From the human T2T-CHM13v2.0 reference genome, Homo sapiens, in NCBI RefSeq assembly GCF_009914755.1, contig NC_060925.1: a DNA stretch of 64,000 nt; one strand, given 5' to 3'. The notes under the pieces are model-generated. The model saw nothing but the letters and a program-made list of their open reading frames with translations, had not been told where the DNA came from and did no database searches. How positions within the stretch are numbered: position 1 is the first letter of the stretch; each line of letters starts with the position of its first letter. This document shows, in pieces, positions 45,039 to 64,000 of this stretch. The position numbers and the translations under genes are program-made.

Positions 45039-45426
45039 GGGGAGGGGAGGGGAGGGGAGGGGAGGGGAGGGGAGGGGAGGGGAGGGGAGGGGGAGGGGAG
45101 GGGAGGGGGGGAGGGGAGGGGAGGGGAGGGGAGGGGAGGGGAGGGGAGGGGAGGGGAGGGGAGGGGAGGGGGAGGGGAGGGGGAGGGGAGGGGGAGGGGA
45201 GGGGGAGGGGAGGGGAGGGGAGGGGAGGGGAGGGGAGGGGAGGGGGAGGGGAGGGGAGGGGAGGGGAGGGGAGGGGAGGGGGAGGGGAGGGGAGGGGAGG
45301 GGAGGGGAGGGGGAGGGGAGGGGGAGGGGAGGGGGAGGGGAGGGGGAGGGGAGGGGAGGGGGGAGGGGAGGGGAGGGGGAGGGGAGGGGGAGGGGAGGGG
45401 GAGGGAAGAGAAGGGGAGGGAAGGGA
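45039..45426. repeat. ~390-bp (GGGGA)n/(GGGGGA)n polypurine tandem repeat
   Basis: Direct reading; purine-only on the plus strand. Confidence 0.97.
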
Positions 45427-46893
45427 CTTTTAAATAACAGATAGGTCAAAGAAAAATTGTAATTAAAAATGATAAAATATTGAGATTGAATGATAAGACT
45501 GTATGTTAAGTCTATGAATGCAGCAAAAGCGATAATTAAAAGGTTCTTTTATAGCTTTAAATGACTTTATTAGAAAGGAAAAAAGGCAGAAAACTAATGA
45601 ACTAAGCATAATTTTTAAGACTTTATAAATAGTAGCATAAACTGAACGGAAGGTGACATTGACAACAAACATATAGTGGAGAGGATGAACAAACCAAAAA
45701 TCGGTTCTTTGAAAAAACTGACAATTGTCTGACAAGATTGATTAAGGAAAAGAGAGGAGGTATAACTAGCTAAAATTTGGAATGTATAATTACAAGTGCG
45801 CAGTCCTTAAAGATAAGAGGCTATTGTGAAATACTGTATGCCAACATGCCAATAAATTTGAAAACTCAGATGAAACAAATAGATATCTAGAAAAGTATAA
45901 CTTACCAAAATTGATTCAAGAGAAAAACAACACTGAATAAACCTATAGCCACAAGATAAATTGAATCAGTAGGGAAGGAAACACCTTCCCTAAAGAGAAC
46001 ATCAGTCCATACTTTTTTTAACCAGCCATTCTATCAAAATGTCCAAAGAACAAATAATTCCAATCTTAAATACATTATCCCAGAAAATAGAAAACAAAAA
46101 GATAATCCACAATTCATTCTATGAAGCTAGCAAAACCCTGATACCAAAATCTCACAAGGGTATTATAGAACAAATCATTTCAGGCCAGTTAATTCATCCA
46201 TTGAAAACCCGAAACAAAACATGAAATTGAATTCACAAAATACGAAAAAGATATAGCATTACCAAATTGGGTTTGTTCCAGCAAGGCAAGAACTTAACAT
46301 TTTAAAAAACTTAATATTTAAAAAAAAAAACACTAACTCCTTAAATTAACGTTAATAAATTCGAAGATAAAAATCATACTATTATCTCAGAAATGGAAAA
46401 AACACATGTGATTAAATGCACTGTGCAATAATAATAATTATAATAATTGTAAATATTGTAATTGTAATAATTATAATAATAATTATAAATAATTAGCAAA
46501 CCAGGAAGAGAAGGGAGTTTCCTTTACCTGATAAAGGGCATCTATATAAATAACATAGCAAGTGTCATACTTAAGGTGAAACGATGACCACATTTCCTTT
46601 AAAATCCAGAATAAGTCACGGGTTCCTTGCTATCACCATTTCTATGCAACACTATACTAACAGTCTTAGCTAGTACAGTAAGGAAAGGGAAGGGAAGAGA
46701 GATGTAAAGAACTGGAAAGGAAATAACAAAAACTGTCATTTGTCTACATAGAAAACAAACAAAATCCAAATAGATAAATTATATAGATTAATAAAAGCAA
46801 GATTTCTGGATGCAAAATCAATAAACAAAACTCAATTGTGTTTTTACATGGGAGAAAGTGTAGAAATGCAAAACATATGCAAAGCACAAAACA

Positions 46894-47165
<272 letters not shown>

Positions 47166-48334
47166 TTAATAAGAATAACCAAAATGCATGAAAAGATGCT
47201 CCTTAGTAAGAGGGCAGTGGAAATTAAAACAACATTGAGACACCACAGCATATCTCCATTTCAGCAAAAAACCTAAGTCTGCTACCATCAAGGGCTGGTG
47301 AAGATGTGAAGTCACCAGAATATTCATACACTGCTGATGGGGGTGTATACTATTTCAACCACTTTAGAAAACATCTGGCACCATTTAAGTTGAAGATGTG
47401 TCCACTCTATAACCTGGCAATTCCACCCCAGAAAATATTCCCTGGAGATACCCCATATGTACCAAAAACCATACAAAACTATCACAGCAGCACTATATGT
47501 AGTAGCCAAAAAAAAAAACACCAAAAAACCCAAATGTCCACATGGAGTCAACAAATAAATAAATTGGGGCATATTCATGCAATGGGGATACTTGGTGCCA
47601 ACACTTAGGAACTGTGTGATCTTGGGAAAGTTACTTAATCTCTCTGTGCCTCAGTTTTCTCATCAGTAGCATGAAGATAATACCAGTATCTACCTCATGG
47701 TGTTGGGGCAACGATCATTATCACTATTCGAGACTCTTAGAACAGTGCCTGGAACAGAAGAAGCTCTCTCTGTAAATGCCTGTGTTGATAAAGTTCCTTG
47801 GTCCCTGCCCTGGAGAAAGGCCATCCTGACACTCGACCACCCTGCAGGCTCTCCATTTCCATTCAAGCTGGCCTCTCCCACCTGGCTCCCGTTCCACCTG
47901 TAACCCCCACCCTCTACTCCTGCAACACTCCAAGCTGCCTCTTGCAATGCAGCTCTGCAGAGCACTGCCCTCTTCCTAGCAAGCCTCTCCTACTTTCTCA
48001 CCTGCTGAACACCTACTTCCCTTGCCTAGACCCAGTTTAGACAGCCCCCTCCTCTGCCCTCCCCTCCCCTCTGGACATCCACAGTCCACTGGGCTTCAGT
48101 CTGTATTTCAATTCTCTGGTTAGTGGTTTTCTCCTCCCACTAGACTGTAAGATCCCTGGACGAGCCCCCTCCTTGTTCAACAAATTATAATAAAGCCCCG
48201 TGAACAGTCAAGTTATGCAGGACTGGAGTCAAACCCTGGCTCGGCCACTTACTCGCGATGTGGCCTGAGTGAGTCACTTAACTTCTCGGAAGCCCAGTTT
48301 TCTTACTTAGTAAAATGGGGATATTAGTGTTGAA

Positions 48335-48627
48335 TTTTTTTTTTTTTTTTTGAGACAGGGTCTCACTCTGTTGCCCAGGCTGGAAGGCAGGGGCACCAGC
48401 ACAGCTTACTATAGCCTTGACCTCCTGGAATCAGGTGATCCTCTCACCTCAGCCTCCTGGGTAGCTGGAACTACAGGCACAAGCCACCATGCCCAGCTAA
48501 TCTTTGTATTTTTTCTACAGACAGGGTTTTGCCACATTGCCCAGGCTGGTCTCCTGAGCTCAAGCAATCCACCCGCCTTGGCCTCCCAAAGTGCTGGGAT
48601 TACAGGTGTGAGCCACCACGCCTGGCC
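48335..48627 (-). mobile_element. Alu (AluJ-like) inserted in a MIR
   Basis: Full Alu; MIR words on both sides. Confidence 0.88.
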
Positions 48628-49169
48628 GACATTGACCTTTAATGGTTAATGTAAGGATTAAATGAGATGACATACTTGAAGCTCTCAGTCTATAGTAGGC
48701 ACACTAATGAAACGAGCTCCTCTTAGGCTGCTCTTCTGTTAGGAAGACACTCTCCTCCTTCACTCACCTCTTGACACTTTGCAGCTACAGACAGCATACC
48801 TTGAACCAGGGATTCTGGGTCAGGCCAGAGGAGCTGTGTGCCTCCCTGGTTATGACTGGTGGAATGTGAGCAGCCCAGGGTCACTGGCAGAGTTGCCCCA
48901 CACACACACACCCACTGCTATCCCACCCATAGAGCAGCTCCAAACCTCACTGGCCACTGTGGGGCCCAGGACGGACAAGAGAATGGCATCCAGTCCCCCT
49001 CCCATCTCTCCTCCAAGAGTCTCTGGTTCATGCCAGAAGAATACAACACGGCCAGCCTCTGATATCAGACTCCTGGCAGTTCTGGGGCCCACTTCATTCT
49101 CCCCACTTCATAGAGGAGGCAACTCAGATTCAGAGAAGAGACATTTCTAAATGTCTAAAGTCTTTCTGC

Positions 49170-49466
49170 AGCCAGGCGCAGTGGCTCATGCCTGTAATCC
49201 CAGCACTTTGGAAGGCCGACGCAGCGGATCACCTGAGGTCAGGAGTTTGAGACCAGCTTGGCCAACATAGTGAAATCCTGCCTCTACTAAAAACACAAAA
49301 ATTAGCCGGGCATGGTGGCCCACACCTGTAGTCCCAGCTACTCAGGAGAATCCCTTGAAACCAGGAGGCAAAGGTTGTGGTGAGTCAAGATTGTGCTACT
49401 GCACTCCAGCCTGGGTGACAGGGCGAGACTCCCATCTTAAAAAAAAAGTAAATTAAAAAAAAAAAA
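49170..49466 (+). mobile_element. Alu (AluS-like)
   Basis: Full Alu with small deletions. Confidence 0.88.
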
Positions 49467-49758
49467 GTCTTCTTGCCACTGAGCTTAAGAAAGGAAGAAA
49501 AAAAAGTTAAACTCATCTAAATGTCTGAAGACATGTCTAAAGTCACCCTGTACTAAGAGGCAGAGCTTGACCTTGAACCTGTCTGCCCCTGCCACAAGCC
49601 AGGCTGTCTCCAGGGGAAGGTGCTAAGGCCCTAAACGGGGCTCCAGACCAGCCGGGCACTGTGCCCCCCATTGCCCAGGCCCCACTCAGCCCTGTCTGCA
49701 ACCACCCGCCTGTCCCTGTCACAGCCCAGACTCAATTCTTCTCCCGCAGCTGGTACTG

Positions 49759-49772
49759 GTTGTCATGGCAAC
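49759..49772. promoter_or_regulatory. RFX X-box GTTGTCATGGCAAC in SPOCD1 intron 2
   Basis: Canonical X-box in unique sequence. Confidence 0.55.
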
Positions 49773-51198
49773 GAGTTGTTTGGAAAGCTGTGGGATGATG
49801 GGCTGTGCCGCAGTCAAGGATGGAGCCTGGAGGAGCCAGCAGTCATGGGCTGCTTCCAGTCAAGCCAGGCAGGAAGCTGGCTCCACCACCGCACTCAAAC
49901 CAGCCCCCTTAAAGGCTGCAGACCCAGGAATCCCAATTCTGGGCATCTGGTCCAAATAAATCATGTGAAGAAGGGAGGAGCCAGACGCACAAGGATGGTC
50001 ACCCCTGCACTACTTACAGCAGGACGAAATTGCTTATGTCACTAACAGGTAACCTATTTGAGTATTTTTCTTGCACCAAGCACTGTGTTAAATGCCAAAC
50101 ATGTGTCATCTCATTTCATCCTCACCACCTCCCTAGGAGGTAAGCACTCTTCATACCCACATTTTGCAGATGAGAGAATTACACTTGAAAAGGTGAAGCC
50201 ACTCACCTCGGTTGTTCAGATAGTGGCAAAGTCAAGATTGAATGTTAGCCTATTGGCCTCCAGGGCTCATGCTCCTCACTACACTACAGTGGTTGGAAAT
50301 GAGAAGAGGAAGTCCCAGCCCTCATCCCGACAGCGCCTGTGCCTGCGACAAATACATCCATAGACAGCTATGATGCAGGGCTCAGGAAAAGATCAAATTC
50401 GGCAGAACAAGGTGAACCCACTGGGAAAGACCTTCAAATACTACGGAACTTACAAAACCAAGCAAAGTCCTGGAACAATAAGGCATAATAGGAGCCTATT
50501 TATAGGTAAAAAGGCTTGATGCATAGTGGAAAACAGCTCACTGGTTCTATTTTACTAATTGGCTGTTTGGCCTTGAGTACTCATGTCACCTCTCAGAGCC
50601 TCAGTGTTCAGATCAGTGAAATGGGTATATGTCAATAGAGTCTACCTCATAGGCTTGTTACAAAGATTGCAGATAAAGTGCTTAGCCCAATATCCAGCAC
50701 ATGTTAAGCAAGCCAGATGCTGTTACGACTGTGCCGATAACACAGAAAATACACAGAGAAGGCAGTGCAGTGAGCTCTCAAGACAGACCGCCTAGGCTTG
50801 TAGCCTTGCTCCCATTCACCAGCTGGGTCTGTAACCTCACCTCCGTGGACGTCGTGTGAAGATTAAATCAAAAACATCTAGCACATCATGCATATTCAAT
50901 AAATGTGATGAAAATCCAACTATGTGAGAAATATACACCAAAAACAAGTAGAGTCTTCTTCTGCCTTTGGTGTATAAATGTTAGCTATGATTATTAATAA
51001 AATGATGATGATTATAAGTAAAAGAACAAAGGAAAGGGAAGTGGTGATATAGGGAACATGGCTGGTCACTGACTCCCCAGCTATGTGAGCCTGGAGAATA
51101 TTATTAACCCTCCGAGCCTCAGTTTCCCCATCTGGTTATATGGGGCTAACGCCTATCTTACAGGGTAACTGTGAACACTAAAGGAAAAGCAAATTTAA

Positions 51199-51541
<343 letters not shown>

Positions 51542-51924
51542 CTAGGCACATTATTTTATACCATAATCTCATTTAATCCTTGAAACAACCCCATGAAGCT
51601 GCAATTAGTATCCTTTTTTTACAATGAGGAAACCTAGAGAGGTTAAGAAAACATCCCACAGTCATTCAGCTAGGAAGTGGGCAGAGGCAAAATTCGAACC
51701 CAGGACTCACTGACTCCAAAAGATAATGACCCCTCACAAGGATTCAGCGAATGTAGTTTATTTTCTCTTTCCCAGTTTGTGGGCCTCATTTTACCCAGTT
51801 TAGTTAATAGGGATGTGAGAATGTTCATGAAGCGCCCATCTAGCTTAGCTTTATTAAATTCCACTGCCAAGTATGGTATTGAGAAACATGGCCAGGCCCT
51901 TCCTATCCCAAACTCTCAGACTCA

Positions 51925-53400
<1,476 letters not shown>

Positions 53401-53940
53401 TCAGCCCGTTCAGTGGGAACTGGGAGGAGCCCCTCTTCCAGCCAGCTCTCCCAGACCCTTCCACTCCTGAGGCCTAGGGGTGAGCACTCCAGGGAGGGGA
53501 GCACCCAGCAGGAGCTGGTGTCCTGGGTGAGGGTGGAGAGGCCTGCCTCCAAACAGGGCCGAGCTACAGTGGCCTCCAGGGTCTTCTTGTCTCTGAGAGT
53601 TCACACATTCGCTTAAATGGGACCTAATAAGATACCATTTATTTATGACTTATGTGCTTATTTCATTTCATACTGGCAGCCACAGGTGAGGACACTGAGA
53701 TTCTGAGATGTTAAGACACTCACCCAAGGAAGCACAGGAAGTGGAAGGGCCAGGAGTCTCTCTCCCAGTTCTCACACTGCGCAAGGAGCAGATACTGAAC
53801 GGGGTTCGTGCCCATAACCCTTCTCGTCTCTCTCCCATCGGTCCCGTTCTGAAAGGCGCCCCACCCAGGTTCCCAAGCCTTACTGGGACAGTCCCCCAGC
53901 ATCCAAGAAATCCGGGCCCCATCGGTCGCGTCGCTCTCAC

Positions 53941-54010
53941 CTGGGCTTCCCTGAGTTTTCCCTCCTGGGGTTCCACCCACTAGCTGAAAAGGAGCTGAGA
54001 TCACGTGATG
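53941..54010 (-). other. SPOCD1: Probable SPOCD1 non-coding exon 1; TSS approximate
   Basis: Donor CAG|GTGAGA at 53941 next to promoter motifs. A weaker candidate donor (TGG|GTGAGT) exists at 53724. Confidence 0.6.
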
Positions 54011-54130
54011 CGGGGGAGGGAGGCCCTTGCTGAGGGATAGGGGCGGAGTCCCTGATGATGAGCAAAAGGCTGCTCCCCAGGCGTGCTGGCGTTCCTGCCC
54101 CGGCAGAGGGCGCCCTCTTCCTCCTGAGGG
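53990..54130 (-). promoter_or_regulatory. SPOCD1: SPOCD1 proximal promoter: ATCACGTGAT E-box, GC box, CTCF-like site
   Basis: ATCACGTGAT 54000-54009; GGGGCGGAG 54040-54048; CCGGCAGAGGGCGC 54100-54113. Confidence 0.6.
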
Positions 54131-54293
54131 CTTCCTGGAGGAGGTGCCAATCCTGGCTCCCAAGCAGAGGTAGGTGGGTGCATGGGGCAGCGAGGGGCCT
54201 TGGCTGCCTGCCTGAGAGTTTAACTTGATCCTACCGCAATAGTCCCTGAGCCAGTAGGACAATGTCAGAATTACCTAGATTTTTTGCCTAATT

Positions 54294-54758
54294 TTATTTT
54301 ATTTTATTTTTAAACTTTTATTTTAGGGTCAGAGGTCCATATGCAGGTTTTTAATATAGGTAAACTTGTGTCACGGGGGTTGTTGTACAGATTATTTCGT
54401 CACCCAGTTATCAAGCCTAGTACCCAATATTTATTTTTTCTTATCTTCTACTGCCTCCTACCCTCCACCCTCAAGCAGGCCCCAGTGTCTGTTGTTAACC
54501 TCTTTCTGTCCATGTGTTCTCACCATTTAGCTCCCACTTATAAGTGAGAACATGCAATATTTGGTTTTTCCGTTCCTGCATTAGTTTGCTAAGGATAATG
54601 GCCTCCAGCTCCATCCACGTTCCTGCAAAGGACGTGATCTCATTCTTTTTTATGGCTGCATAGTATTCCATTGTGTATATGTACCACATTTTCTTTAGCC
54701 AATCTGCCATTGATGGGCATTTAGGTTGATTCCATGTCTTTGCTATTGTGAATAGTGC
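54294..54758 (-). mobile_element. 5'-truncated primate L1 (older L1PA/L1PB-like) 3' end with TSD
   Basis: ORF2 C-terminus (WLKKMWYIYTMEYYAAIKKNE...WMELEAIILSKL), L1 3' UTR, TSD ttgcctaattt at ~54284 and ~54759. Confidence 0.9.
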
Positions 54759-55023
54759 TTGCCTAATTTAAAAAGAAAATCTCAAATATAATTAATGTAG
54801 ATGGAAATGCAGAATCAATTCCAATAGAAGGTTAGAAATAAAAAGTTTAAAGCTATCTCTCATTTCCCAATACCCCAACTCCTGGAAACAACTGTGTTTT
54901 GTTTTTTGTTTTTTACCATGTTTGTCATCATGTTAATTTTTTAAATTTCATAACTGTAAATAATATACTCATGCCTCTATTACTTGATTTATTAATTTTA
55001 ACTGTGTCTGTTGTATCTGTTGA

Positions 55024-55395
<372 letters not shown>

Positions 55396-55737
55396 CTCTT
55401 TTTTATATTTATATTTTAAATTTTACTATTGGTTTCTATTATCACTTTGAATACTATTCTTAAATGTCTGTTTCTTCTGTATATTGTATCTCTTGACTCT
55501 TCTCTGTGTGAAATGGATAATTTCCCTTGATGTCCCCTCCCTGCTTCTGCCGTTATCCATGAACTAAGCTTTTATTTTTGTATCGCTGAGGTTTATAGCA
55601 TTTACATTCTATTCGGTAAAGATAATTCAGTTTACCGTTGTTTACCTGTAGATTGATTCTTAACACTGAAAGCCAAATGACATTTATAATGTTATGATTA
55701 TGTAAATACTTTTACTGCAGAAACAGTGGTGTTTGGC

Positions 55738-56037
55738 TTTTTTTTTTTTTTTTTTTTTTTTTTGAGATAGGGTCTGGCTCTGTCGCTCAGGCTGAGTTGT
55801 GGTAGTGTAATCATAGCTCACTGCAGCTTTGACCTCCCAGGCTCAAGTGATATTCCCCTCTCAGCCTCCTGAGTCGCTGGTACTACAGGCATGCACCGCC
55901 ATGCCCAGCTAATTTTTTTTTTATTTTTGGTGGAGACGAGGTCTCACTATGTGGCCCAGACTGGTCTCGAACTCCTGAGCTCAAGCGATCCTCCCATCTT
56001 GGCCTGGGATTTCAGGCGTGAGCCACTGCACCCGGCC
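55738..56037 (-). mobile_element. Alu (AluJ-like)
   Basis: Full Alu. Confidence 0.88.
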
Positions 56038-56846
56038 AGAACCAGAGATTTGATAAGTCTGATTGCGAGGGAGATGGAATTCCCTGGCACTAAACCTGTG
56101 CCAGGTGAGACTGTGAGAACCTTCCAGGCCAATGGAATACTAAATCACAGTTAGACTCAATAAATTAGATCTATATATCAACATGAATGTATCTCAATGA
56201 TATAATGTGGAATTTTAAAAACAGCATAATATGAATAACAAGGGAAACCGAGTCTGGAGTACACAGGAACTCCCTGTACTAATCTTCAGATTTTTCTGTA
56301 GATCTAAAACTATTCTAAAAAACAAGGTTTATTACAAAAAACAAACCAAGCTATTGGGTAATCCATATTGAAAACTGTCATGATCTGGCAGTCAGAGTCA
56401 TAGATGAGGTAAGAGTAGAGACTGGATGTCACCAATGACCAAAATTACTGCTCTAAGGAAATAGTTTTTGTAAATGAGAAGCCCTCCCTCTAAGGAATGT
56501 CTTGGTCATGATGGCAGAAAGTTGACCAGGTTCCCTAAGACCAGTGAACCAAGCCATTCTGGTCCATTTGGATAATGGAAGTCTCCCACATTGGGCAGAG
56601 AAAACGGGAGTGGAGATGTTGTCAGTTCCACATGGTATAGAGATAAAGAATGGCTAACACTTACGTAGTGCTGTTTTGAGCCAGGGACTGGTCTAAATGC
56701 TTTACCTATATTAATCCTGTATTTGCCTGTATTAATTTACCTATATTAATCCTTACATCAAGTCTGTGAGGTAAGAACTGTTATTATCCTTATTTGACAG
56801 ATGAGGAAATAGGCCAAGACAGATTAAGTAATTTGCTCAAGATTAG

Positions 56847-57221
<375 letters not shown>

Positions 57222-57395
57222 TTTCTCCTGGTATTCTAAAATGTCTCTGTCATAAAAAAAAAATAAAGTAAGGTTTTGCCCAGGTTTTGGCCTAATGCTA
57301 TTTGCCTCATCATTAGCTGTTTGCTCCATTGACTCATGACAGCACCTCTGCGATATACCTGGTTCCCATTAAAGAATGCAATTTATTTCTTGGCT

Positions 57396-57691
<296 letters not shown>

Positions 57692-57699
57692 TATTTATT

Positions 57700-61760
<4,061 letters not shown>

Positions 61761-62296
61761 TAATATAGTTTTGTGGGGTTTTTTGTTTTTTTTTTGTTTT
61801 TCAGAGACAGGGTCATGCTGTGTCACCTAGCTTAAGTGCAGTGGCATGATTACAGCTCACTGCAGCCTCTAACTCTTGGGCTCAAGTGACCTCCTGGGCT
61901 CAAGTGATCCTCCTGCCTCAGTCTCTCAAAGTGCTGGGAATTCAGGTATGAGCCACTGCACCCTGCTCATTATTCATTTTTTACAGAGGAGGAAAGGTGG
62001 GCTTCAAATCCATGACTTGCTAGGGATTGCTCCGCTGGAGATAAGCGGAACTATGTCCAACCTCAAGTCCAGCTCCATCCAAAGTCCCTCCGCCAGACTG
62101 TATTCCCACAAGGGCGAGAACCAGACTGGGTCTGCCTTGTTGGCCAGCTCATTCACAGGGCCTAAGGTGGTGCCTGTCGTTTAATATGAAAACACACCCA
62201 GAGGCAGTCAGAGAGGGAGGAAGAACACAATGGCACGACTTCGAGGAAGCCAAGGAAAGACTGTTTGGGGGTTTGTGGATTTTTTTTCCCTGATAA

Positions 62297-63228
<932 letters not shown>

Positions 63229-63272
63229 TTAAGCAAAGGAAGAGAATGGAAGGAAATCCACCAGAATGTTGA

Positions 63273-63637
<365 letters not shown>

Positions 63638-63879
63638 TCTTGTGTTTTTTCATTACTCTACAATAAATATATAGGACTTGAAATTTCTGTAACGTTTTCA
63701 AAAAATTGTATATAGTATCACCTCCATTATACAGATAACACATACAGACATTTATTCACAGGAACAATGTATAAAATATCCATTAAATGTTGATAGCTAG
63801 GGATTATCTCTGGATGGTAACTTTTATTTCTTCATTGTGATTTTATGTATTTTTCCGTTTTTAAATAATAATCTTATTT

Positions 63880-64000
63880 TACTTTTTTAAGAGACAGGGT
63901 CTTGCTCTGTCACTCAGACTGGAGTACAGTAGTGCAATCATAGCTCACTGCAGCCTCCAATTCCTGGGCTCAAGTGATCCTCCTATCTCAGCCTCCTGAA
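63880..64000 (-). mobile_element. Alu (partial, runs off the window)
   Basis: gagacagggtcttgctctgtc…. Confidence 0.85.

Noticed and set aside
45033-45449. 138-aa poly-Pro/Leu/Ser ORF
   Set aside because: Reverse translation of the (GGGGA)n repeat.

Overview
Human-type (primate, Alu-rich) genomic DNA, recognisable as the ADGRB2(BAI2)-SPOCD1 interval of chromosome 1p35. The minus strand carries the complete SPOCD1 gene, a piRNA-directed de novo DNA methylation factor with TFIIS-M and SPOC domains. I rebuilt it by hand from splice sites: a probable non-coding exon 1 (~53941-54010) and 15 coding exons (ATG 53313, stop 28252), giving 1216 aa, or 1203 aa with an alternative last acceptor. Intron 5 has a non-canonical GC donor. 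The left end is a CpG-island promoter and non-coding first exon, assigned to ADGRB2 from synteny only, with a strong-Kozak uORF. The 26-kb intergenic region has two further CpG-rich promoter-like islands (9.6-10.7 kb; 25.8-27.1 kb with an RFX and octamer cluster) and several TAAT-rich enhancer-like blocks. It also has a ~190-bp-arm, ~95%-identical fold-back hairpin made by local inverted duplication inside an old L2 element (18527-18924), the most striking unexplained structure. SPOCD1 intron 2 holds a fragmented ancient L1, many Alus, a ~390-bp (GGGGA)n tract replacing an Alu tail, and a templated 44-bp duplication at an Alu junction. The right 10 kb is Alu/L1-dense. There are no prokaryote-type systems (CRISPR, operons). 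Repeat subfamily calls and repeat boundaries are by eye and approximate.
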